Of a stretch of 64,000 nt of DNA, positions 25,201-37,200 are shown one piece after another. The translations under genes were made by a program, and so were the position numbers. Below the pieces are notes generated by a model. It had not been told where the DNA came from. It saw only the letters and a list, made by a program, of their open reading frames with translations, and did not search any database. Numbering within the stretch: position 1 is the stretch's first letter; the number at the start of each line of letters is the position of its first letter. The DNA is from Rhynchobatus australiae (Eukaryota). Location of the stretch: positions 49,426,348 through 49,490,347 of the forward strand of contig JAUZTB010000118.1 in assembly GCA_034780895.1 (NCBI GenBank). Reading direction: 5' to 3'.

Positions 25201-28200
25201 TTATGGGGACAGAGTAGGAAGGGTGGAGGGAGCGCAGTTGGCGGAGGGGAGGAGATGCGCTTTGAAAAGAAAGCCAAAAATAGTTAGCTCCCTCTTTCAA
25301 AAATTTTGATTCAGAGTCGCAACCAAAAACACTTGTAGGGCTAATCATAAAAAGGATGGCAACATTTCAATTACACAATTCCTGGTAATTCAAGTCCCTT
25401 TCAAACCGGCATTCAAATTGAATCAGGCTGCACCATGGTCATCAGTATACTTTTGGGAAGAACATCTGTTTGGGAGACCCAGAACTGGCAACTTTTTAAA
25501 AACAGGGATCAGATATATTTTTAAAATTTAAAAAAACTGAATCCAAGGCCCATTATATTGCTTTAACTGGTCATTACATAAGAGAACATTGCACAAATAA
25601 ATAACACTTACTATCAACTACTTTAATCTTGAAATATGTTAAGTTCTTTTAACTGAGGTTGCTAAGAAGCTGCAGAGAGTTGTGGACACAGCCCAACGCA
25701 TCACAGACACCAGCCTCCCCTCCTTAGACTCTGTTTTTACATCTTGTTGTCTTGGTGTAGAGCCAGCATAATCAAAGACCTGACCCAGCCGGGACGTTCT
25801 CTTCTCTCCTCTTCCATCAGGTAGAAGATGCAGGAGCCTGAAGGCATGTACCAGACACAAGGACAGCTTCTATCCCACTGTGATAAGACTATTGAATGGT
25901 CTCCTATTCAATGAGATGGACTATGACCTCACAATCTACCTTGTTGTGACCTTGCACCTTATTGCACTGCACTCTGTAGCTGGGACACTTTACTCTGTAC
26001 TGCTATTGTTTTTACCTGTACTACATCAATGCAGTCTGCACTGTGTAATGAATTGACCTGTACGATCAGTTTGTAAGACAAGCTTTTCACTGTACCTCAG
26101 TACAAGTGACAANNNNNNNNNNNNNNNNNNNNNNNNNNNNNNNNNNNNNNNNNNNNNNNNNNNNNNNNNNNNNNNNNNNNNNNNNNNNNNNNNNNNNNNN
26201 NNNNNNNNNNNNTTGACCTGTACGATCAGTTTGTAAGACAAGCTTTTCACTGTACCTCAGTACAAGTGACAATAATAAACCAATACCAAAATATAAATAA
26301 AGCCCCGTGCAGAATGAATCCAGGTCTTTTGCAGAAATCAGGATTATCAAGTTAGAATGCTGAAATTCCATGGCATCAAACTCAGTAAACTGCTGTTTAT
26401 ACTTCAGTTATTTAAAAAAATATACAATTTTACAGATATACACCATTAGTTCAGGTATCAGTCATGATCTTGTGTGGATGGTGTGGAAAGTGGTAAAAGC
26501 AGCCAAATTAACATAGTATACTTTGAGAACAGAAAAAGTAAACAAATACAAAAGGTTGATAGTGAAACTAATGAAAGAGGAGAGATGAGATTCAATTAGT
26601 GGGAAATGGGGACATGGATAGAGGATGGAATAATTAAGGCTTCAAATGGTCAAAGTGCAAAATGGCCAACTCATGTTAATTGTTTTGCTGCAGGCTTGTG
26701 TCTATTTCTCTAGGGAAAATTCCACATATTTAGGCATCTGCAAATCAGATTGCATATCTTTTTCTATAATAAGCTTATTGTCATGCATTTTTCGTGCTTG
26801 AGATCAGTCCTTATTCTGGTATCAAAATGCATCTTATTGAAAATTTATAAATGAGGAAAGGGAGGTGGAGAAGCAATGGGTTTTGGGAGGTGATCATTGG
26901 TCTTTAGGTGTAAATTGGGTTCACAGTCAAGAAGAGAAACCATTGTTAGAGATATTGTGGCAATCAAATATTACAGCAAAATTAAAATGAGGACAAATCA
27001 ATTATGTTGGACAATGAGAGGTACTGGAGGGGTGCCAGTGATTTGTTGAAGTCTGTGGGAGTTAAATGCATCAGATTCATAGTCACAATCATTTTGGTGT
27101 AATGGGAGGGGTGGAGATGAGATTCAATTAATGATGGGAAACGTGGACTTGGACAGAGGATAGAACAGTCAAGGCATCAAAAGCAAACAGTTTACAAACA
27201 GGCAGAAGTTTAAATAATAAGGACTATTTTCTTCTGAAGATGCAGACTGTTCCAGAATAGTGAAAGGCATCATACTGGATATAGAGTTGAGGAAAAGTTT
27301 CCTTTCATAACATGAGTTAATATTGTAAAGTTTGGTAGCAAGCAGTTTAGCATGAATGGAAGAACAGACATTCAAGTGAGCAGGTTCTTGTCCCAAGGAT
27401 AAAATGAACATACAGTAGCATTGCAAAAGTTTAGGCACCCCTGGTCAAAATTTCTGTTACTATGAATAGTTGAGTAGAAGATGAACTGATCTCCAAAAGT
27501 CATCAAGTTAAAGATTCTTTTCATTCTTTTCAACACTCGAAGCAAGATTTGTGTATTCTTTTTGTTTTGTACAATTGTAGAGGGGAAAGGAGCACCATGC
27601 AAGTTTGGGCACCCCAAGAGATTTTTACCAATGTCTCAGACCTCCATTAGCTCGTTAGGGCTATGGCTTGTTCAGTCATCATTAGGGTATTTATAAAGCT
27701 TTGAAATTTGCATCACCTGGCCTTTCCTGACTCCTNNNNNNNNNNNNNNNNNNNNNNNNNNNNNNNNNNNNNNNNNNNNNNNNNNNNNNNNNNNNNNNNN
27801 NNNNNNNNNNNNNNNNNNNNNNNNNNNNNNNNNNNATGCCTTTTGGAAATCAGGTCATCTTTTACTCGCTTAGCTATTCACAGTAACAGAAATTTTGACC
27901 AGGGGTGCCCAAACTTTTTGCATGCCACTGTATCAGAAAGAATAAGGTGAAAAGAGAGTAATGGGGATTCATGTTCAGGGGCAAAGGTGTCGCAACTTGT
28001 GCAGGTGGTGTGGAAAGTGGTAAAAGCAGGAAAGGCAGCTGAATTAATGTAGGATACTTCGAGGAGAGAAAAAGTAAATACATACAGAAGGTTCAAAACA
28101 ACAAAAGCAACAGACTGATGTAGTCAAGCAGATATTAGAATGGATAAGAAAACTGTTCTGCTGGTATGTTCAAGTTTGCTCCTCCTGGACGTAGAATTAA

Positions 28201-31200
28201 AAGAAATGACTAAAGCAAAGACAAGTGAAAGTCCTGTTGAAATTTCATAGTCAATGATTTGAAATCTTCATTGGTAACTTAAAATTGTGTATCCTCTACC
28301 AGAAAAAATATTTTTCTTTTTGTTTGGGCTTGTAAACAATGGTTATAAAGCAGTTATGCAAGCCAAGGTTTACTTGATGCACCACTCAGGGAAATAACCA
28401 TCCTGTTAGATTTTATAGCAATGATATTTATAGCTCAGTGTAAGGTAGACTGCTCAGAAACCAGGATTTGATTATGTAACTAGTGTACTCCATAACACAT
28501 CTACTGAAAGCAAAGAGGCTTTGAGAATAAAGGTGCCAAGTGAAGGTAGCACATAAAGCAGGAGAGGGATTCGTCTCAGTCATCCAGTGACTACAACCCA
28601 AGATTCTTCAAAATGCCCATCTTTACACTGAAACCAGCAGCTTACTTTAATTACAAAGCTGATCACTTATTTGTTGACTAATGGTTTGTATAGTCTAAAC
28701 ATCTGAGTTGTCAATTTAGTTAATTAACTTTTGATAAAATGGGATGAATTACAGCATTCACTTAGTCATTTCCTTCTCAATTTAAATCGCATTAATTTTC
28801 CTGGCTCCTCTCAATATGTACAATTTTTGTTTAAATGGGCAATATTAAAGAGCCAATCTTGAAAGAATAAAGATAAGCCTGAGTAGCAACTGTGCTAAAA
28901 TTTGGCCCACTATGAATTCAGCAAGCATTCTCTTCACGAATAAAAAGCTGCCATGCTGCTTCTATATACAGAAAAGGATTACCATCCTGCTGGCTTTGAC
29001 ACCTCTGGAGAGCAGAGGCAATCTTTGGCACTAAATGAGTTTCTTGACAGTTTTACAAGCTGTTATTCCAAAGACTGTGCTATTTATGGCATCATTCACT
29101 TGGGGCATTTGACCACTTACCCTGTGGTAACTCATCATTGAATATTTGGTTCATGGACCAGAATTAGCATGAAGGCATCCTGCAACAAAGGAGGACTCGC
29201 TTCCCTTATGCCGCCGCCACCCACCAACCCANNNNNNNNNNNNNNNNNNNNNNNNNNNNNNNNNNNNNNNNNNNNNNNNNNNNNNNNNNNNNNNNNNNNN
29301 NNNNNNNNNNNNNNNNNNNNNNNNNNNNNNNAGCAGAACAGTGAAAAGATATAAAATTACTATAAACCACAAAATAAATAAATAAACGCTCCTTTTGCTG
29401 TCAAGGCGGCCATCCCATGTCTTCTTCCTGTTTTACTCATTTTCAGGTCCCATAGACAAGTTAATGGGACTTGGAGCAACATGCTCATTTATGCACTGGC
29501 CTGTTACAAGATTTACAACATTCCAAGGTGTGCTTTTCCCTTGGTACTTTCCTGATGATCTAAAGAAAGCCATGGAGCCATCCTCCTATATATTCTTTAA
29601 GTCTTTTAAATAAAAGAAATTCAGATTACTTCTGCTATCAAAAGGTTCTACAATTCCAAAAGTAAACAAGATTGATTTCATGAAGCATCTTGTTCAATGA
29701 TGTGCACAAAGATTCCTGCCAAATACATTGACAACATTTAAAAAGTTATTGAAACTAGATAATTCTTTTGAACCAAAGGCAGCATTTATTTCTTTAGTGG
29801 CCAAAGGTATTCTAATGGAATAAGCTATTATTCTACAAAGTCTATTTTCCTTTTATATTCTTCCAACAATTGAGCAGTGAAGGGGAAGAGAAATGAGCTA
29901 ATTTATGTCCCATCTGTAAATAAATGAGTATCCCTTTAAACAGGTTGAAAGATCTTTCATTTTATAACTACAGTCCTTGCCATGAAAGGTGGATTATGCA
30001 CTTGAGGTGATCAAAAGCAATCAGAGAGCACAATGGTGATAAAGTAGACCATTACCCAGCACTGCCCATTGTGAAAGGATGGAGAATGCTACTAAAAGAC
30101 CAACTAGGGTGGTAAACCATAGTTAAGTCTATAGGTTTCTGGGGAGAATGAGATGTACTTTGAAGTTTTTCTTAATGCAATTTACAGCCTGTTTGTCTGT
30201 CTGGGTGTCTAGCTGACAGTAAACACATGGTCAAGAGTCTTCAATAAATCACAATCCTCTAACACATGCTCTGGCTAGCCAGACACCACTAAGGAACTCA
30301 TAAAAACAGAACCCAACACTTATCTCTCTTCCGGACTCTTATTTGTTTAAAAAAAGACTCAAGGATGGTTGCATTTTTAAAAATAAAAATGCATTTATAT
30401 ACCAAGAATCCTGACGAGGTTCAAGTAAGTGTTAATCTAAGTAATATTGTATTAGCCAAAGATGAGGGCAAAAAATTATACCGACAAGGATTGATATAAT
30501 AATTCAAAAGTAATAAATCATGAGTTATGACACACTAGGTAGCATCATTTGTAAATGTGTCATGTTCGAGTGGGAAAAGTTACAAGTTGTCTATTCAAAA
30601 TTACATTAAGCCATTTTCCCCTCATCAACTTTTAGTCCTTGATTCAGAGGAGCTTGACGAATTTGACAATTCTGACATGTGGAGTAACATGATTCTGGAT
30701 TGTGGAGTAAGACAGCTACCTGAATGGGGATATAATGCCACCCAGTCATTCTAAAACTTCTAGTTGAATCATTTCCTTATGTCAATCCATTTTACAGGAT
30801 ACGAAGACCAAATTAACACACATCTCAGGCAGAGGATAGGAAGAGAAATATTCCCTCATCTTAAAGTAGCTGCTCAGACCAAAAGATGTAAAAAAAAAAG
30901 TGGTTGATTAGGTAAAGGAAGCAATGAGAAAAATGACAGCCTTTGTGCCTACACTGTTGATATGTGGGGGTGGGAAACTATGTTAAGAAATATTGGCAGT
31001 CAGCCATGTGAGACAAGCAGGAACACACAAATAAAAGGAAAATGAGTTTTGTTCAATAATAATTGACACAAGTTATTCATGTAGAACATGACAATANNNN
31101 NNNNNNNNNNNNNNNNNNAATATTAGAGCAAACGAATACATTTTATCAGTGGATTTATCACACAATCTCACATTTCTTGCACATGCTTCTTTTGTTCCTT

Positions 31201-34200
31201 CAGACTGAAGCTACATTTTAAATACTATATTGGACATATTCTCTAATGAGTTAAGTCCTCTCAGATGTTTGAGTTTTAATTAACTCAGAGTACTCAAGTA
31301 TCAATGTACCTTTAACCCAAAATGTATTCCTTAACAATTTTACTTTCTACACTTCTGGACTGAAACATTAGCTAACATAGCCCCAAACAGTAAGGAAAAT
31401 ACAAAATAACCAACTTAAATTTTAACATACACAAGCAAAACTATTTTGTAATGCAAGTGCCTCATCATGAGTGAACAGGTGAACAAGGTCCATTCCCATC
31501 CAACATCAATGTTTCTAAACTAATAAAAAGAGTGAGGCTATGAAGAACAATTTTTGCTGAGATTGGTATAAATTTGGATTTTGGGTAATTTCAAGTTCTG
31601 GATTTTAAACTCAACTCTCAAAAACTACACAAAACAAAAGAGGAACAAATAGGGGAGAGAAGTAAATTATTTTAGTAATTAGCTTTTTCAATAATTCATT
31701 CAAGGGAAATATTCTGACAACTTTCCCAGTACATAGAAGAGTACAGCACAGGAACAGATTTTTTGGCCCACAATGTTTGCATGGACCATGACACTAATAT
31801 AAACTATTTGCCCACAAGGTCCTTATCCCAGTATTCCCTGCATGTTCCTGCACCTGTCTAAATGCCTCTTAAACATTGCTATCATGTCTACTTCTGCCAC
31901 TTACCCTGGTAACATGATGCTGGCACCTACCACTCCATAAAAAAAAAACTTGCCTCATACATCTCCTTCAACACACAAAGTGCTGGAGGAACTGAGCAGG
32001 TCAGTCAGCATCTATGGAGAGAAATAAATGGGGTGAGACCCTTCATCAGGACTGGAAAGGAAGAGGGCAGAAGCTGGACTAAGATGGTCAGGGGAGGAGT
32101 ACATGCAGGCAGGTGATAGGGAAGTTTAGGTAATAGGCAAGTCCAGGTGAGAGATGGAAGGCAGAAGGGTGGAGGAGGAGGGGGGGGAAGAAGCAAGAAG
32201 CTGAGAGATGAAAGATAGAAGAGGCGAAGGGCTGGAGGAGGAATCCAGTAGGAAAGGGCAGTGGACCATGGAATAAAAGGGAAGTAGGTGGGGAATAGAT
32301 CAGCAGGTCAGGAGGGCTGGGGAAGGAAAAAGGGGGCCCCAGGAATGGGGGAAGACAAAGGAAGAAAGAAAAAAGGGGTTGGGGGTAGAGGGGGGGTTTA
32401 AATCAGAAGTTCGATAAAAATCGATATTAAGGCTGTCAGGTTGGAGACTACCAAGGCGAAATATGAGCTGTTGTCCCTCCAACCCTACACCTTGCCTCAA
32501 GTGTGGTCCTCCAACCTACACCTTGGTAGTCTCCAACCTGACGGCCTCAACACTGATGTGTCCAATTTCCGGTAACCACCCCCCTCTTCTCCCCCACCTC
32601 TTTTTTCTTTGCTAATTCCTGAGGCCCCCTTCCCCTACCCTCATGATCTACTTATCTGTTCTCNNNNNNNNNNNNNNNNNNNNNNNNNNNNNNNNNNNNN
32701 NNNNNNNNNNNNNNNNNNNNNNNNNNNNNNNNNNNNNNNNNNNNNNNNNNNNNNNNNNNNNNNNNNNNNNNNNNNNNNNNNNNNNNNNNNNNNNNNNNNN
32801 NNNNNNNNNNNNNNNTCCCCTGCCTGCGTGTACTCCTCCTCCAACCTTCTTATTCTGGCTTCTATCCTCTTCCTTTCCAGTTCTGATCAAGGGTCTCGAC
32901 CTGAAACATTGACTGTTATTTCTCTCCATAGATGCTGCCTGACCTGCTGAATTCCTCCAGCATTTTGTGTATTGCTGCTCCAGATTCCAGCATCTACAGT
33001 ATCTGTGTCATATGTCTGCTTTATACTTTCCTCTCACCTTAAACCTATGCCCCTCTAATATTTGACATTTCCATTCCATCTACCCTGACAATGCCTCTCA
33101 ATTTTATATATTTCTACCAGGTCACCCTTCAGCGAAAGCAGTCCAAGTTTGTCCAACCTTCCCTTCTAGCTGATACTTCCTAATAAAGGCCACATCCTGG
33201 TGAACCTCTTCTGTAACCTCTCTAAAGCCTTCCTATAGTGTGGCAATCAGAACTACACACGATTGTGGTCTAACCCAAGTTTTATACAGCTGCAACATGA
33301 TTTCCCTATTTTTATACTTAATGCCCCAATGAAGGCAAGTATGCTGTATGCCTTCCCTATCACCTTATTCACTTTCAGGAAATGAGCTTTTATATAACAT
33401 TCTTCTTTCCAGAATTAATCAATATCATCTTGCCAAGCCAATAGCATGGTTAATGCACACACAAATACAATATTTTTCTTAGCTAAGTTTTATTTTTACT
33501 CGACAACTTAAATTCTTCTAAAAAGAAAAAGCTAATTGATGAAACACCGCTTTCCAAAATCACCACAATTCACCACAGGTGAAGGTACTAATCATTCCCC
33601 ACCCCCTCAATATTGTCTACTATTGTCTAAAATTTTTGGATTTATCTGATTAATCTCAAACAGTAATGTCATTGAAATTGAAACTTCTTATTTGGTAATC
33701 CAAGGCATACTTTTATAGGGTCATTTAATATTTCCAATGTAGATTGGGAGATACAGGCACCAACTAAAAAGCATAGATGGATGAAATACTGTGCTGCAAA
33801 AGCAATCTTTTTTTTAAAAACTGCACTAATAATGCTCTCCTAGCAAAAAAAACCTTTCCAGCAAATTTTAGATGTTGAATTATATTTCAAGCTACTCACG
33901 TGGTCAGTGCACAGCCCAATGCCTCTATGCAAGAAACAGAATCCAAGCAGTAAAAAAGGCTTAAAACAAAAAACTATCCACAAGTGACAAGATTTATAAA
34001 ATAATTCAGGGAACAGGAAAAGCAGAATGATGTTTGCAATGGAACTGGATCATGGNNNNNNNNNNNNNNNNNNNNNNNNNNNNNNNNNNNNNNNNNNNNA
34101 GATGTTCAAACTGAGTATATTTCACACAATTAGAGTTTTCAGGAAGTATTTATTCCAAGAAAATTGAGATGAGCAAGATAAAAGCACTACAGACATAACA

Positions 34201-37200
34201 TACTTAAGAATAGTTGTACCAGTTACATTGCAGAATTATAACGTAATATATCAGAAAACATCTTAGGCAGTGAAGGACCAGAAAACACTTGCCTTGCCAA
34301 CTATAATCTTAAAAAGACAATGACAGATGCAAAAGACATTTAGAATTCAGGGTTTCATGAGAACATTAAAAATATAAAAGCAATACATTAAAACTAATAT
34401 AAATAACATCAAAAGTTCCAAGCCAGATTATCAGAGTTTTACTCTAGTGATTATAAACTTGTTCAAGTCAATAGCTCTAATATTGCCCATCTTACTGGGC
34501 ACCTTATTAGAGGGAGAAAGGATATTGCAGTNNNNNNNNNNAAGGAATTTAGAAGGATGCAGTTTTTAAAAGAGAGCTTTAAATAATATTGCACCAAGTT
34601 AACTAAGCTTAAAGGGATTGAGTAACTGGTTGAAAAAGTGTCTGGAAAAACATCAGAAGTTATAGAACCTGCGAAGGCATACATGCTAGTCACCTGAGTG
34701 ATGAGTTCTATGGGCAGAACTGCCAACTTCAGAGTTACAAAACAGCCTGCAGAAATTGACAACCTTTTAGGTTCAGACTTTCCTTCCCCTTGATCTTGAT
34801 CCACTAAACAAAGTCTAAGATTTGCCCAGCATCCTCTACATAAAAATTAANNNNNNNNNNNNNNNNNNNNNNNNNNNNNNNNNNNNNNNNNNNNNNNNNN
34901 NNNNNNNNNNNNNNNNNNNNNNNNNNNNNNNNNNNNNNTATTAACAATGACCTGGACATTACCACTTTTTAAAGAGCTTACTCTGCAAGCTGTTGCAAGC
35001 TAGGAAATGCAGAGCCAATGAATAAACAATGAGGTGGGATCTCTGACTATTGTAAATCCTCAAGCTATGGAGTGCAAGTAGATATCTGTTTGTCCATGTA
35101 GGTGTTCAAGTCTGCAGTAGAGTCTGATCTTCAGCTCTCTTGGACCTCTTGCCATTGGATCTAGACCTCACTGTCCAACCAATTGGTATGCAATGACCAC
35201 TCTGCATTAACTCATACGCAGGTATCTACCACTATTCACATCGGTGGAAGTTATCCTTGACCCCAAAGGACCGTCTAAGATTATGACAACCAGGATAAAA
35301 ACTAAATACAAAAAGGCCAGATTAACTAGAAAGCATATTCCTTGCATTTATAAATTAACTTATTAGCCAGATTGTGCAAATTAAAAAAAAATTACCACTT
35401 TATCCCATTAGGGCAAGAACCTTTTCCGCCTCACAATGACTGAGGTGAAAGCTTATTCAAGTCTTTGCCAAACTTTTCCAAGTCAGCTTATCAGCATGTA
35501 CTGTTGTATTGGAATAACCCCCCTCCCACAATCTAGGGAGAAGAATTGTTTCATGTGCAAAATATTAACATGGGCTACCTCCTCTGACTTAGGTTATAAG
35601 GGGAAAACAGCAGCTCAAATTAAAAGATGTGGCCATTTTAAGTATCATTCTTCCAAAAGATCTCTTCACAATGAACACTTCACTTGTTACTCAGTTCCAT
35701 TAAGCAGGGTTAAAGCTTCCTCCATGGTGAAATTTTTAGTCAACCGAAAGACTTTTTTTGCCCAATTTCAATGTGTTACAAAAAGTATTGAGGAGGAAGG
35801 AGGGAGGAAGGCTTTAATCAAGTTATCAGAACCAGATGAATTGCTTTCAAAAAGAAATGAGGANNNNNNNNNNNNNNNNNNNNNNNNNNNNNNNNNNNNN
35901 NNNNNNNNNNNNNNAAGGGGTTGAGATTTGGGGAAGGGAATGGGGGAAAGAGGTATAAGCAGAAACTTTGGTTTTCACACAGACTGCACTATTATTCTAC
36001 TTATACCATAAAACTATAAATCTCCAACAGCAGCTACCAATAAAACTGTCAGTGCCCCATGTGAAGGTTCTTCTAGTTTAACTTCAAATGAGTGTGCACC
36101 ACTTAAGAAATCCTGATTTTGTAATGGAAATCATTTTTAAATTTCGTTAGACTTCACCTATGGTTACATTTGAAGCAGGTATTTGGAGCCAACTGGACTT
36201 GAGAATTATCATTCCTCTTTGCTACATAGATTGGTCATGTCAGCGGGAATATAAACAGGAAATAATTAGAAACTGCAATTATCAATTTCCTGAAATAAAC
36301 AAAAGGAAAACAAAAGGGGTGCAATAAACATGACACTCTTTGGTGGCTGTGCAAGTTTCCTGCCAACAAAAGGCACATTAATCGCTAACTGGATCATAAA
36401 AGCTTGCACCTGCAGGATACTGTTTGATGTTAGTGAGAATGCAAGCTTTATTCATCATTACAAAAGGTTACTTACACAAAACTTTGCAAGCAGCAAATAG
36501 AGTTGTTCTATCAGTGTGTTTTGAGGGAAGTACAGTTCCAACCAGCACCACTTTTTAAAATTGCTTGAATTCTTATCTAATTCTGGAGGGCAGGATATTA
36601 ATTCTTCACATATGGTTCTAGTTACAAAAAGCGACTAATCTGATTGCATACCATAAATTGAACAAATAAGGAACACCAAAACAAAAATCATAGACAAGGC
36701 TTTTATGGCCCAGTTATTGATAAAGGATGGCACTGTTCAGAGAGATGCAGAACATTCATACTCAGGCTACATTGCTAACTCTACCTCAGAGTCTGACTGC
36801 ACAAGACATCTGCAACTGCACACAATCACCGAAGGTGCACAGGCATGCAAATATCAGCTACATTTTTAATAGCATCAAAAAGGGTTAGCCCTTATCAAAT
36901 TAACATGCCACTTAACATCCAAGGTGTCACATTGATCAATTAGCTATGCGCCTTTTTTGGACATACATTTACAGATGTGCAAAGGAAAATTAGTTCAATG
37001 TACTGCTGTGAATCACTTGTGTTTAGGAAATCTTACATAACTACAAAGTCAGCAAGACATGAAAACTATTACCTGAGGGCTTGAGAATTTTAATACGATT
37101 TAAGTATCTCAATAAACACCTTAAAACAACTCAGCCACACAAATCTTATGCTGTCCTAAACACCATCATTCACACAACACACCTCAATACCAATTTTTTT

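Noticed and set aside
26053-26272. Apparent tandem duplications across 100-N gaps (also 1576/1703, 52317/52463, 57457/57576, 58654/58773)
   Set aside because: Identical or near-identical sequence on both sides of fixed-size gaps indicates unmerged contig overlaps or haplotypes, not biology
35436-35924. 162-aa plus-strand ORF (also 59182..59608 and 20708..21031)
   Set aside because: No recognisable domain or exon structure; consistent with chance or repeat-derived frames
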